From a virus (taxonomy: Duplodnaviria; Caudoviricetes): a stretch of 64,000 nucleotides of DNA. Position 1 is the stretch's first letter; every line of letters starts with the position of its first letter. Below, piece by piece: positions 18,663 to 28,215 of this stretch. The notes under the pieces are model-generated. The model ran no database searches and was not told where the DNA came from. It saw only the letters and a program-made list of their open reading frames with translations. The DNA is taken from the IMG/VR virus record IMGVR_UViG_3300007619_000002, positions 296 to 64,295 of that record. One strand, written 5' to 3'. The position numbers and the translations under genes are program-made.

Positions 18663-18944
18663 CTACCCAAAGAACCCGGCCAGCCTTTCGAGCAACCGGC
18701 CTAATCCGAGGACTTCGAGGCTGAGGAGCCAAAGGAGCGCCCCTGCCATCCAGTTCCCGATATTGGTTGAAAGCCGCCCTGAAAATGACTTCCAGATCGC
18801 CCTCAGAAAGCTGAATAATCCGGCCCTTTTGGCTTCCAAGATCTGGATCGCTCTCTCGTTCTGCTTGATGATATGATCGTTCTGTCTGGCAATGTGGCGC
18901 AGCCCCCTCACCAGCTCTGAGATCTGGTCTGGAGCTGCCATCAT
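18663..18944 (-). CDS. Membrane protein, possible holin-like
   Basis: Coiled coil followed by hydrophobic C-terminus. Confidence 0.4.
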   Translation of the reverse strand: MMAAPDQISELVRGLRHIARQNDHIIKQNERAIQILEAKRAGLFSFLRAIWKSFSGRLSTNIGNWMAGALLWLLSLEVLGLGRLLERLAGFFG

Positions 18945-18972
18945 GCCCGTTCCGTAATCCAGTCATATGATT

Positions 18973-19221
18973 TTACGCAGACCCTGCGCCCCCCTGAAGG
19001 CTGTCATGGTCCCCAAGCGATCGCGGCACGGTCAGCCCGGCATCCCTGATGAGTCTCTCCAGCGTTGAGATGCGCACGAGCTGACGACGATTTCGAAACG
19101 CGTTGATTTCATGCTCGGCGGCCAGCCTGTCGCCAAGCTTGGCCACTTCCATCGTCATTGTCGCAACGCGCGCCTGAAGATCAGCGATGATCGCGGATTG
19201 ATCGTCCTGCCTGTTCGCCAT
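18973..19221 (-). CDS. Coiled-coil hypothetical protein
   Basis: ORF (MANRQDDQ...). Confidence 0.5.
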   Translation of the reverse strand: MANRQDDQSAIIADLQARVATMTMEVAKLGDRLAAEHEINAFRNRRQLVRISTLERLIRDAGLTVPRSLGDHDSLQGGAGSA

Positions 19222-19264
19222 AGACCTTGGTCCCATTAAAAAGGGCGCTTGCGTAGCGCCCTGC

Positions 19265-19648
19265 TCACCCTTGCCCGGCCTCATTCGAAAATGAGAGCCA
19301 GAAGTTGCCCCTGCTGTTATTCACCTTGATGCCGAGCCCTTTAAGCGCCTTGTTCATATTGCACAGATGCACCTTGACAGTGCTCAGGGCAACCTCTTCA
19401 TCACCCCAGACCAGATAGATCAGCCGGTCTTGGTTGGCGGCCCGAGGAAAGACGTCCATCAGCTCAAAGAAGATCCGGAACTGCGCGGGCGTCAGCATGG
19501 CGATGCGGCCCAATCGCATGACCATGCGCTGACCCTCGGCATAGCGCATCTCGGTGCCGTGCGAAATCTCCGCCCCGCAAAGCGGACAGGTCTTGTGCTG
19601 CGCCACACCCGAACGCGAGGGGCGATCAAACAGGGCTAGCTCGGCCAC
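19265..19648 (-). CDS. OmpR-type winged-helix DNA-binding protein with Zn ribbon
   Basis: CPLCG; LT..QF.I...L; L...VWG......TVKVH...M.K.L. Confidence 0.75.
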   Translation of the reverse strand: MAELALFDRPSRSGVAQHKTCPLCGAEISHGTEMRYAEGQRMVMRLGRIAMLTPAQFRIFFELMDVFPRAANQDRLIYLVWGDEEVALSTVKVHLCNMNKALKGLGIKVNNSRGNFWLSFSNEAGQG

Positions 19649-19932
19649 GGTTCAAATTCTCCATAGCGGCCCGATGCGATGACGGTCATGTAGACCCGCA
19701 TCGGTCTTTTCGGCTTTCTCTTTCCGGCTGCATACTGCCGAACCATGCTGATCGAGCAGCCCAGAAGGTTGGCCGCGTCCTGCTGGTTCAGCTCGCACAG
19801 GATCAACCACTTATCGAAATTCGACTTCGCCGTCTTGAGATCGCGCTTGAAGAAGCGCCTGCTCGATTCGGCCCGCGGCAGCGGTGCAAGGTGCGAATTG
19901 ATAAAGTTTGGGCTTAACCGTGTTCTTGGCAT
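19636..19932 (-). CDS. XRE-family HTH protein
   Basis: LNQQDAANLLGCSISMVRQY..G.R.P. Confidence 0.7.
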   Translation of the reverse strand: MPRTRLSPNFINSHLAPLPRAESSRRFFKRDLKTAKSNFDKWLILCELNQQDAANLLGCSISMVRQYAAGKRKPKRPMRVYMTVIASGRYGEFEPWPS

Positions 19933-20725
19933 CCTCGGTTCCGTTAACCAATACTGGCGGGAAGCTATGCAGCTTTCCGTTGCGCAACCGCCTGACATGA
20001 CCGCGCCGCCAGTGAACGATGGGCGACTTCCTCGTGCCAGAGAGCGGCCCTGTCTCCATGCGGACGCCCTGCGGCATGCGAATGGAGATCACCCGGCGAT
20101 CCTTGATCTGCGGCCTGCCCTTGCGCTGACGCGAAAGGTTCAGCTTGATCGGAGCGGGGACGATGGTCTGCTCGATCTCCCTCGACATCAGCATGGCCGT
20201 GAAGCTGAACGCAGCACGTACCACCCGATTGGCTGAATCCTCCGCCATGTCCCCGTCGAGTGGCTCATTGGTTGAGCGCGTGCGAAGCTGGCCATCCAGA
20301 GACGCCTGACGATAATGGAACTCATTATCCGCGCCCTCGACATAGTGGATCGACAGAAGCGGCACATACCGCCTCTTGTGATCATCATGAGAGGTCAGCA
20401 TCGCTGCACAAGCAATGACCCCATGCACCATCTGACCATCGACCATCTCACTGATGCAGAGCAGACCCGTTTCCGGCGAGCATTTGGCCGTGTAGAAAAC
20501 CGACCGAAATGGCAGCCGGTAAAGCCCCTTGTCGAGCATATCAAAAGCAAACTGGGTATGCGCATCACTCGGCGTAATGTCGGCAAAATCAAAATGAACG
20601 GCATCCGGCAAAATGACGTCGGCCACATCCCAGATCTTTCTGTCGAACAGCTCATAGATCCTTGGGAAAAACAGCTTCCTCGTATCTGCCATATCCTCCA
20701 TGACCTTATGCGGTGACGGGATCAT
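19811..20725 (-). CDS. Conserved phage hypothetical protein
   Basis: LPF motif and C-terminal SP..HWRRGH.RR motif. Confidence 0.65.
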   Translation of the reverse strand: MIPSPHKVMEDMADTRKLFFPRIYELFDRKIWDVADVILPDAVHFDFADITPSDAHTQFAFDMLDKGLYRLPFRSVFYTAKCSPETGLLCISEMVDGQMVHGVIACAAMLTSHDDHKRRYVPLLSIHYVEGADNEFHYRQASLDGQLRTRSTNEPLDGDMAEDSANRVVRAAFSFTAMLMSREIEQTIVPAPIKLNLSRQRKGRPQIKDRRVISIRMPQGVRMETGPLSGTRKSPIVHWRRGHVRRLRNGKLHSFPPVLVNGTEDAKNTVKPKLYQFAPCTAAAGRIEQALLQARSQDGEVEFR

Positions 20726-20777
20726 CTCCTACCTCTGAAGAGAACCCCCCAGAGCGTAGCCTGCTCTGAGGGGCCTT

Positions 20778-20849
20778 TGGTGATGCCCGGATTTGAACCG
20801 GGGACAATCAGCTTTTAAGGCTGAAGCTCTAACCATCTGAGCTACATCA
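20778..20849 (-). tRNA. Atypical tRNA, anticodon TAA (nominally Leu), short acceptor stem
   Basis: TGATG-TA-GCTC AGATGGTTA GAGC-T-TCAGC CTTAAAA GCTGA-TTGTC-CCCGG TTCAAAT CCGGG-CATCA-CCA; perfect D, anticodon and T arms. Confidence 0.7.
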
Positions 20850-20910
20850 AAAAACCGCAACGTCGAACCTCGGCTTTTAATGCGCACCGTCCTCATTCGT
20901 GATCTTGATG

Positions 20911-20941
20911 AAAAAAGACCGAAGCCTTATGACCCCGGTCT
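20911..20941 (-). terminator. Intrinsic terminator
   Basis: AGACCGGGG...CTTCGGTCT followed by a T-run on minus strand. Confidence 0.55.
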
Positions 20942-21030
20942 TGAGTTGATGGGGACTATCGGCAGAAAAATCATCTCAAAAACTGCCGATAGGTAATAAT
21001 TAGTATCAATAATTACCTATGTCAAGCCCA

Positions 21031-21306
21031 TCAATTTATTTTCCATCCGCACACGGCCGAGGCGCGGCCCATCTCATGCGTCAGAGCGACGATGTCGGGG
21101 CGGCGCGTGATCTGCATGACCCGCTTGGCTTGGCTCACCGCGTACTGACGATCATCCTTGGGCAGCTCTTCCAGTTTGACAAGCTTGTAGGTGCCCATCG
21201 GCAGCAGGCGAATGGTGTCGGCGAACTTGCCGGAGCGATACATCGTGCCGACCCAGTACCAATCATCGTCGGGGAGCGCATCGACAAGTCCGATCTGGTT
21301 AACCAT
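21031..21306 (-). CDS. Hypothetical protein
   Basis: ORF with SD GAGG. Confidence 0.55.
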   Translation of the reverse strand: MVNQIGLVDALPDDDWYWVGTMYRSGKFADTIRLLPMGTYKLVKLEELPKDDRQYAVSQAKRVMQITRRPDIVALTHEMGRASAVCGWKIN

Positions 21307-21567
21307 TTAATGCCTCGAACCTCCAGCAGATCTTACTTCTTCCACGGCTGCGTCATTTCCCGCCTCGATATTTTTCATGACAATCTCAAGGGCGAACTCT
21401 CGTGAAACAGTACGCTGATCCTGAAAAGCTATGGCGGCCCCAGTCATGTGGGCAAGAAGACCCAGAAGCTCAGGTCCGGTCAAATCAAATCGATCGCACC
21501 ATGTCTTGAGTTCAGTGGCCATATAGACCTTTGCAGCCATCAACTTTCTTTCGCGCTCTGGAGTCAT
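21307..21567 (-). CDS. Hypothetical protein
   Basis: MTPERERK... helical ORF, SD-like AAGGGA. Confidence 0.55.
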   Translation of the reverse strand: MTPERERKLMAAKVYMATELKTWCDRFDLTGPELLGLLAHMTGAAIAFQDQRTVSREFALEIVMKNIEAGNDAAVEEVRSAGGSRH

Positions 21568-22040
21568 TATCCCTTCCATCCATAAATCGGGCACAACCGC
21601 CGAGCCATCCAGTTCGGCAGATTTGCCCAGACCATCTCCTCGCGCACCGTCGCGCCATAGCAGCCGCAACCGATCTGCCCATATCCGTCGAACCCGGAGC
21701 ATCTTCATATCGGTAAAATGTGTCTCCGACCTGAAACGTCACTTCACACCCTCCGGCAAGCTCGGCATTTCGATCCACCCGGCAATATCGCGATCATCAA
21801 AGGTCGGATGCCGGTTACGATGCTTGAACCACGCTCCCTGCTCGCTCCGGCGCATCCGGGTAGCGAAGCCATGATTGTCGACCGCCAGCACGTCACGGGT
21901 CGGCGGAGCCGTGTGCGGGGGCTTGAGCTTCTGGCGTTTCACACTGCCTCCTCCTGCGCATGCGCTCCCTCTGCCGACGCTTCAGCTCCTCACAGCGCTT
22001 GCAGTTCGGATGTGGCTTCGGCAACGGCTCCGGGTCTTTC

Positions 22041-22265
22041 CTAGTCTTCATCGCCACGAGGAGCCTTCTGCCCAGCCTCGAAAGCCATTTGCAATATTGC
22101 CATCGTTTCTTCGAATTTATCTCCGTCCTCATCCACAATTCGATAAAGAACATAAGTAATCAGGGGGACGGGCTTCCCATCGATCAAGATACCATCGGCC
22201 TTCGTCTCGTAACACCAGCGCTCAAAATCAGGATTATCAGTTAACTTTAATTTCATAAAAGGCAT
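22041..22265 (-). CDS. Hypothetical protein
   Basis: ORF in string of small genes. Confidence 0.45.
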   Translation of the reverse strand: MPFMKLKLTDNPDFERWCYETKADGILIDGKPVPLITYVLYRIVDEDGDKFEETMAILQMAFEAGQKAPRGDED

Positions 22266-22617
22266 GCTCGCGCTCCTGCATCCGAAACAGTAAATTAATC
22301 ACTGCCGTCCTCTGAATATGATCCAGCTCGTGACCGCTGAAATATCTTTCCTTATGTTCATCGAACAAATCGAGGGCGCGCTTGATCCGAGCCGTCTCAT
22401 TTGGCGTACACGGATCACCTTGCGGCCTATATGCTTCCGGCTCGATGCCCTTCCACGATTGATCGGCAATCCGGCGCTGCGCCTTCAGGCAATTCAAATG
22501 GTTGGGATCGACCGGAAACCCGCGCGCAACATGACAAAAGCAGCAGACATGATAATTCCCGTAATCATCGAAATTCTCATGGCTCGCTTCGCGGGTCTGG
22601 CAATATTGACACTTCAT
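22237..22617 (-). CDS. Zn-finger hypothetical protein
   Basis: CQYC...CCFC; ATGA overlap. Confidence 0.55.
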   Translation of the reverse strand: MKCQYCQTREASHENFDDYGNYHVCCFCHVARGFPVDPNHLNCLKAQRRIADQSWKGIEPEAYRPQGDPCTPNETARIKRALDLFDEHKERYFSGHELDHIQRTAVINLLFRMQEREHAFYEIKVN

Positions 22618-22808
22618 TGCTTGCTGATCTCTTCGGTCAACTCATCGGCCAATTTCGCCGCGTCCTTCAGCGCCGAGCGAATGCGGTCAATCATTTCCAG
22701 ATCCAGATCCTCATTCTTCACATGGCCGAGCCCGTCATGGAGCCCGTGCAAGAGCCCGGCGAGAAAATGAATGCGCCCGGTAAGCGGTATGCGACCCTGC
22801 TCGTTCAC
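22614..22808 (-). CDS. Hypothetical protein
   Basis: GTG after GAGGA. Confidence 0.5.
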   Translation of the reverse strand: MNEQGRIPLTGRIHFLAGLLHGLHDGLGHVKNEDLDLEMIDRIRSALKDAAKLADELTEEISKQ

Positions 22809-22980
22809 CCGTTCCTCCTCATGTTTTCCAGAACGGAAATAAGAAAAGCGTACTTGCTCGCATCTGCCATATGGGCATAGCGACCGATCTCCGACGAAAT
22901 CGAACGGGCAAAGTGCATGTGCGCAGCCCGCTTGCGCCGACACTCCTCAATCACGACCCTCAGGGCCTCATTCAGGTCCA

Positions 22981-23199
22981 TCAGCCGCTTCCGCCAGTAC
23001 CCTGAAAATACGCCTTACTGATCCTGACGGCATATTCGTCGTGGCCGACCTTGCCTGAAATCTGTTCAAGCTGATCATCAGTTAGGGCCTTGCCGATGAT
23101 GACGAAATCTTCGCCAGCGTCGTAAACAGACTCGCACGGACCATAGGTGCAGCGAAGATGTTCCGGGGTCATATCCTTGAGCTTTGGCATGACAACCAT
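22981..23199 (-). CDS. Hypothetical protein
   Basis: SD GGAGG; C...C motif. Confidence 0.6.
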   Translation of the reverse strand: MVVMPKLKDMTPEHLRCTYGPCESVYDAGEDFVIIGKALTDDQLEQISGKVGHDEYAVRISKAYFQGTGGSG

Positions 23200-23265
23200 C
23201 CTCCAATTGACTGGATCTTTGTGCTAGCACATGTGCGCTAACAGGTCAAGCAGGCGGCCTCGGTA

Positions 23266-23592
23266 TCAGCTTCCCTTCTCCTCCGCCCGCTTCTTGCGCA
23301 TCAACTCAGCCCGGTAAGCCTTGCGCTCCTCCTCCGTCCGCTTCCGGGGACGACCACGCTTGCCCGAAGCCCCTATCCGCTCCATGTTGATCCTAGTCGC
23401 TTCATCGGCAGCCCGGCGAAGTTCCGGCGTCTCGATGGCAGGCGGGTCCACCTCGTTCTCAAGGGTCCGACGCTCGTGCTCCCTGCGAGCGACTTCGATC
23501 GGTTCACGACACAGATGCGCCTTGCCGACCAGATCCATGTTCGCCCCACAACGAGGGCACTTCCCCAATGGGGCATCCTTACTCTTGCTCAT
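23266..23592 (-). CDS. Zn-ribbon / AT-hook protein
   Basis: CPRCG..H.C; KRGRPRKR. Confidence 0.55.
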   Translation of the reverse strand: MSKSKDAPLGKCPRCGANMDLVGKAHLCREPIEVARREHERRTLENEVDPPAIETPELRRAADEATRINMERIGASGKRGRPRKRTEEERKAYRAELMRKKRAEEKGS

Positions 23593-23826
23593 GCGTGAAC
23601 GAAATAGAGAGCGCGTGAACGAAAAGCAAGGGAATTTCGTTCACGTAGACAGGAAGTGCGCAATACGGGGATTTTCATGGGGTGCTCTGGCGGACGTGTG
23701 GTTCATACCCAATACAACGGCCCCCCACCGCGCGCGCCCTCGGGTTGCGAGCGATCAACGACGCAACCGGCGAAAGCTGCATGGGGGGTGGGGGGTTTCC
23801 GTTCGCATAACCTACATTATGGTAAT

Positions 23827-24360
23827 TCACCCGCTATTGGTGTGCTTATCAGTGGTTACACGCACCTGCTCACCATCACCATGATTGAAGTTGAGCGTGA
23901 AGGTCACAGCCTGCCCGTCACCACCACCGCCGCGCTCCTTCTTGTCGGAGAACTCGTTCGGACGCAGCAAAGCCGCGATCTTCAGGGCGTGACGTGCGTA
24001 AATATCCGCAATTCGGGCCTCCTGATAGGTCTGGGCGGTTTGAATCTTGCCCAAAACAGTCTCAATCATACCCCTCGCCCGGATTTTCTTTTGGCGCTCA
24101 TACCGATCTTCCAACTCCGGATTGCCCCCAATCCACTTCAAAATGCTGGCCGCACTCACGCCCAACTGCGTGCACACCAGATCCAGACTATTGCCATCCT
24201 CCATCACCCCGAAGGCAATCTCCAAGATTTCAGCCTTCTGCTCCTCAGTATACTTTGAGTATCTCTCACGCTCACTCAAGAATTGCGGGACATTGACCTT
24301 GACCTTCCCGTCCTCATCGACTTCGTAAAGCGGAATGATTTCTTGTCCATTGCCATCCAT
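23827..24360 (-). CDS. terS: Terminase small subunit
   Basis: SKYTEE....I, G.SL..VC...GVS...I..W HTH, Y..., P..FSDK motifs of Sf6/P22-like TerS. Confidence 0.75.
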   Translation of the reverse strand: MDGNGQEIIPLYEVDEDGKVKVNVPQFLSERERYSKYTEEQKAEILEIAFGVMEDGNSLDLVCTQLGVSAASILKWIGGNPELEDRYERQKKIRARGMIETVLGKIQTAQTYQEARIADIYARHALKIAALLRPNEFSDKKERGGGGDGQAVTFTLNFNHGDGEQVRVTTDKHTNSG

Positions 24361-24383
24361 GACTTGCCTCGAAAAATGAACAC

Positions 24384-24412
24384 TTGACACAACAAAAATG
24401 ATGTGGTATACT
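24384..24412 (+). promoter_or_regulatory. Strong sigma70 early promoter
   Basis: TTGACA (24384-24389), 17 nt, TATACT (24407-24412) with extended TG; a second TATAAT at 24418. Confidence 0.85.
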
Positions 24413-24509
24413 GGTTGTATAATCAGAAAAGTTGCTCTTTGACATCGTGAAAGTGTGTAGGTCCCTTGCCTCTTCCGGGTGGAGCTTGTCCACCTTAACG
24501 GAGGTAACC

Positions 24510-24968
24510 ATGACTGAGAACACGAACCAACAGACGAACCATGCCGATCGCTATACCTTCATCATGGAGGATACCATAGCGGCCATGCGTGAGACGCTGT
24601 CTGTAGCGAAGCGTCTTCAGGATGCAAATCCGAAGGCTTCCCCCGCAGACGTCGTTGTCGCCTTGCGCGGCGCAATGAAGCTGAAGATGGCCAAGCTCGA
24701 AGCCAACTGGCTCAAGCTGTCCGAAAAGCAGCGTGCAACGCTCATGCATGTTACCAATGCCATGGAGATCATGCCAGAGGTGACGGCCATCCTCGCGAAG
24801 TCGGCAGATGCCAGCGAGGATGATGTCGAGGCCCGCGAAGCCAAGCTTGAAGAAGCCACGGCCAAGCGTAAGGCATCGGCAGCCAAGTCCAAGGCGACCC
24901 GCGAAGCCAAGAAGGCCGAGAAGGGTGACGAGCCTGCGTCTGAAGACATGTTCGCAGATGCCGAATAA
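24510..24968 (+). CDS. First early protein, Ala/Lys-rich
   Basis: GGAGGTAAC SD. Confidence 0.75.
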   Translation: MTENTNQQTNHADRYTFIMEDTIAAMRETLSVAKRLQDANPKASPADVVVALRGAMKLKMAKLEANWLKLSEKQRATLMHVTNAMEIMPEVTAILAKSADASEDDVEAREAKLEEATAKRKASAAKSKATREAKKAEKGDEPASEDMFADAE

Positions 24969-25063
24969 TCGGCAGGGGCCAGCTTTGCGGCTGGCTCCAC
25001 CCGAAAGAGACATGGGATCGAGTGAGCCTCCAAGGGCAGTTCCGCCCTATATGGAGGTGCATT

Positions 25064-25258
25064 ATGACTGACAAGGCCAAAGCTGCCATCGAATATGCAC
25101 GCGATGTGCTGACACAGCATGAAGACGGCCTGATCACCCTCGACGAAGCCGTGCGCATGCTCGGCGTATACGCCCAGAACCACGATCTGGCCAATCACCC
25201 TACCCCCGACTATGATGCTGGCCTGTCCTCCAACTACGAACCCCCGGATCAACACTGA
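25064..25258 (+). CDS. Early hypothetical protein
   Basis: SD GGAGG. Confidence 0.7.
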   Translation: MTDKAKAAIEYARDVLTQHEDGLITLDEAVRMLGVYAQNHDLANHPTPDYDAGLSSNYEPPDQH

Positions 25259-25381
25259 TCCATCGGCAGCCCTTCGGGGCTGTCCTTGCAGGCTCACTCC
25301 CACACACTTTCGATAAAGTGATCAATGCACCTGAATGGTTGCCTTTTGGCGGGGCTTATCCCGCTTTTTGGAGGTAACACC

Positions 25382-25603
25382 ATGCAGATGACCACACAAG
25401 ACCTGAAGGCTATCCGCCGCACACGCGAAGGCGGCAATTGGGCGACCGACCGCGAGCTGCTCGGCGAACTGGCTGAGAGCTTAGCGGAATTGGGCGATGT
25501 TGTCTATGGCTCCGTCCTGCTGGACGCAGTCAGCGGCCATGTCGAAGCCCAGCTCCATGACGGGCGCAAGTTCGTCGCCAAGGTGGTCTTCACATCTGCC
25601 TGA
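25382..25603 (+). CDS. Early hypothetical protein
   Basis: SD GGAGGTAAC. Confidence 0.7.
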   Translation: MQMTTQDLKAIRRTREGGNWATDRELLGELAESLAELGDVVYGSVLLDAVSGHVEAQLHDGRKFVAKVVFTSA

Positions 25604-25727
25604 TCCACGCGGGCTTGCGGCACTTGTTGCCGTGAGCCTCGCCATAAGGCAATCTCTTTGGGTGCATGGCTCGATACTTGGCGTCTTTTACGCGAGTGGC
25701 GGCACATTTCATTGGAGGTAACACCCC

Positions 25728-25952
25728 ATGCGCTGCACCGTCTACATCACCCGAGACGCCTATAAACGATATACGGCCGCAGATACCCCTGAGGCGGCCA
25801 TTGACGCATTCCGGCTCACCTATGGCGTAGCGGCCCAGAAAGGCGCTGAAACTGTCGCGGTGAACGCCACCATTCCTGATGTGCTTGTCCGCACGCGCGT
25901 TGATGGACGCCGCAAGGTGCCCACCTATTCAGACCTGATCGAGAAGAAGTAA
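25728..25952 (+). CDS. Early hypothetical protein
   Basis: SD GGAGGTAAC. Confidence 0.7.
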   Translation: MRCTVYITRDAYKRYTAADTPEAAIDAFRLTYGVAAQKGAETVAVNATIPDVLVRTRVDGRRKVPTYSDLIEKK

Positions 25953-26137
25953 ACCCCGCCCTGTCGCCACTCCCGAAAAGATGTCAAATATCGAGCCTAC
26001 CTCCTCCATGCACCCCAAACTTTAGCAGTCATTAGTACACCACAACCCTTTTTACCCTGCATTTTCAGCAAGTTATAGCCCTGTGGCGCTTATTCCACGG
26101 GGCATTTGTCCATTTTCGGACGGATATGGAGGAAATG

Positions 26138-26602
26138 ATGTCTCTTTATAACGCAGTTATGGGCACAAGCCCACTCGCGCCACTTGTGATCAAAATACTG
26201 AACCTGAAGCCCGATGGCGTGCCGCGCTTTCGCGATGCATGGGCGTCGGATGATGGCTCTGAACTCGTGATCCTGACACGCACTGGCGGCAACAATCGCC
26301 CTGACTATGAAAGGGAGAACGCAGCCCTCACCCAGATCGAGGGCTACAAGCACGATTGCGACGATAGCTTTGATCCCACATTTGCTCATTTCACCTATGA
26401 GACACCAGAACGTTTTCGCAACGACCTTGCCATTGTCGGCGCATTCCTGCCCCTCGCCGGGCAGGGCGAGGACAGTCGCGGCCCCGGAAAGATCGAGAAG
26501 CTTCTCAGGCCCGGAGAAACCCCTAGTATTTCCCCGGAAAGCCCTGAAGCGCTCGCAGCCAACGAGGCCGTTGAAAGAATCGTCGCTGCACTTCTCAAAT
26601 GA
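26138..26602 (+). CDS. Early hypothetical protein
   Basis: RFRDA, TRTGGNNR.DY, DD.FD.TFA motifs; SD. Confidence 0.75.
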   Translation: MSLYNAVMGTSPLAPLVIKILNLKPDGVPRFRDAWASDDGSELVILTRTGGNNRPDYERENAALTQIEGYKHDCDDSFDPTFAHFTYETPERFRNDLAIVGAFLPLAGQGEDSRGPGKIEKLLRPGETPSISPESPEALAANEAVERIVAALLK

Positions 26603-26666
26603 CTAGCCTATTGCTCACCCTCCGGGGTGAGCGTTTGTCCATTTCCGGACGATCCATGGAGGTAAC

Positions 26667-26891
26667 ATGCCAAATTTCCAACCCAAAGCCTTTCGCGACG
26701 GCACGCTCTCTCTTAACGAAGTGCTGACCGCTGCGCAGGACGCCATGACCGATCTGTCTAATCCCGGATTTTGTCTGTCCTGTGGCGCTCAAGCCGACGG
26801 TGTCGAGCCCGATGCCCGCGGCTATACGTGCGAAGAGTGCGGCGAAGCCAAGGTTTATGGAGCTGAGGAAATCATCCTCATGTCAGCCTGA
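26667..26891 (+). CDS. Zn-ribbon early protein
   Basis: GFC..CG...VEPDA..Y.C..CG...VYG.EE. Confidence 0.75.
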   Translation: MPNFQPKAFRDGTLSLNEVLTAAQDAMTDLSNPGFCLSCGAQADGVEPDARGYTCEECGEAKVYGAEEIILMSA

Positions 26892-26962
26892 ACTAGCCTA
26901 TTGGGACGGCCCTTGTGGCCGTCCTGTTAGCTCATTTTCCGAGCATTTTATTGGAGGTAACG

Positions 26963-27346
26963 ATGGCACAAACACTGCACACACCGAGCGGAATGAAGCG
27001 GCGCGGCGCATATGAAAATGCCCGCAATAACCAGAATTCAGACCTGTTCAAGGATATGATCCGCCAAGCGTTCGGTGTGGACGATGTGATCTGCGCGCAT
27101 CATCTGACCTATGTCGATGTCGATCATCATGACGGCTTCGACTATCAGATCGTGCAGGAGATCGCCTCGGCTGATACGCTGATTTTCGACCATGAAGCGG
27201 CCCAGATCATCTGGGGCGACCACTGGAAAGACATCCTGTGTCAGCTTGCCATGCGACCCACAAAAGAACGGGATGAACTTCTGGCCAAGCTCTATCAGGC
27301 CAAGACGCTCGAAGGCGACACGTTCAATCCTGCCAAGCATTTCTGA
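26963..27346 (+). CDS. Early hypothetical protein
   Basis: SD GGAGGTAAC. Confidence 0.7.
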   Translation: MAQTLHTPSGMKRRGAYENARNNQNSDLFKDMIRQAFGVDDVICAHHLTYVDVDHHDGFDYQIVQEIASADTLIFDHEAAQIIWGDHWKDILCQLAMRPTKERDELLAKLYQAKTLEGDTFNPAKHF

Positions 27347-27416
27347 CTATTTCCAAGGGGCGGCAGTGTCCGCCCCTCTTTTAGGCAATTTTGCCAAGAA
27401 ATGGAGGTAACAGCCA

Positions 27417-27626
27417 ATGGCACACAAGCACAAATGCCCCAATCCTGAATGCGGCCACGTCTGGAAGCACGACACCATCGCCCTGCGCAATGACCGTGAA
27501 GCGTATAACGCGGCCCACCATTGCCCTCGATGCGGCACGGAGCAGTTCTGGAAGCACTATGACTGCGCCGATGACGAGTTCGAAGACATGACGGACCAGA
27601 TCAAAATCAAGATGCTGGATCTTTGA
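27417..27626 (+). CDS. Zn-ribbon early protein
   Basis: CPNPEC...CPRC. Confidence 0.7.
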   Translation: MAHKHKCPNPECGHVWKHDTIALRNDREAYNAAHHCPRCGTEQFWKHYDCADDEFEDMTDQIKIKMLDL

Positions 27627-27696
27627 CCATTTCACGAGCAGGGTCCGACTCCCTGCTCCTTAGCTCATTTCCCGAGCATATTTCATGGAGGTAATC

Positions 27697-28152
27697 ATGA
27701 CAAGCACACCTGAACAGATCGAGTGGCAGAACAAATGGATCGCTGCGCTTCGCTCTGGCGAATACGCCCAAACCAACAGCCAATTGATCGAAGATCTCGG
27801 CGCAGGCGAGGTCGGATATTGCTGCCTTGGCGTTGCCGCCCTCATTGCGGCCGAAGTCACCAGACAGCCTCTGGCCCTTGATATGGACTACGACAATCAA
27901 TCCTCACTTGTCCTGTCTGGCTGGAAAGCCATGGAGCTTTTCGGCTTCGGTGATTCTCATGGATTATTCGCCAAAAGGGTGCCAAACCCGAAATTCAATC
28001 CTGAAAATCGCATCGATGAAGACGATGAAGGCGATTGTAATGGAAACCCCGAAACCATCCCCTCATTCGTCGATGCCAACGATGGCGCTGGCCTGACCTT
28101 CGAGCAAATCGCCGATCTGGCCGAAGCCAACCGTGACAAGGTGTTTGTCTAG
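27697..28152 (+). CDS. Early hypothetical protein
   Basis: W..ALRSG.Y.Q, YCCLGV, ND..G.TF.QIAD motifs. Confidence 0.75.
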   Translation: MTSTPEQIEWQNKWIAALRSGEYAQTNSQLIEDLGAGEVGYCCLGVAALIAAEVTRQPLALDMDYDNQSSLVLSGWKAMELFGFGDSHGLFAKRVPNPKFNPENRIDEDDEGDCNGNPETIPSFVDANDGAGLTFEQIADLAEANRDKVFV

Positions 28153-28215
28153 ACTCTATTGGGGCGCTCTTCGGGGCGTCCCGTTTGCCCATTTCAGGGC
28201 ATGAATGGAGGTAAC

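Noticed and set aside
20806-20824. Ochre (TTA) suppressor reading of the tRNA
   Set aside because: The 7-nt loop CTTAAAA places TAA, not TTA, at positions 34-36
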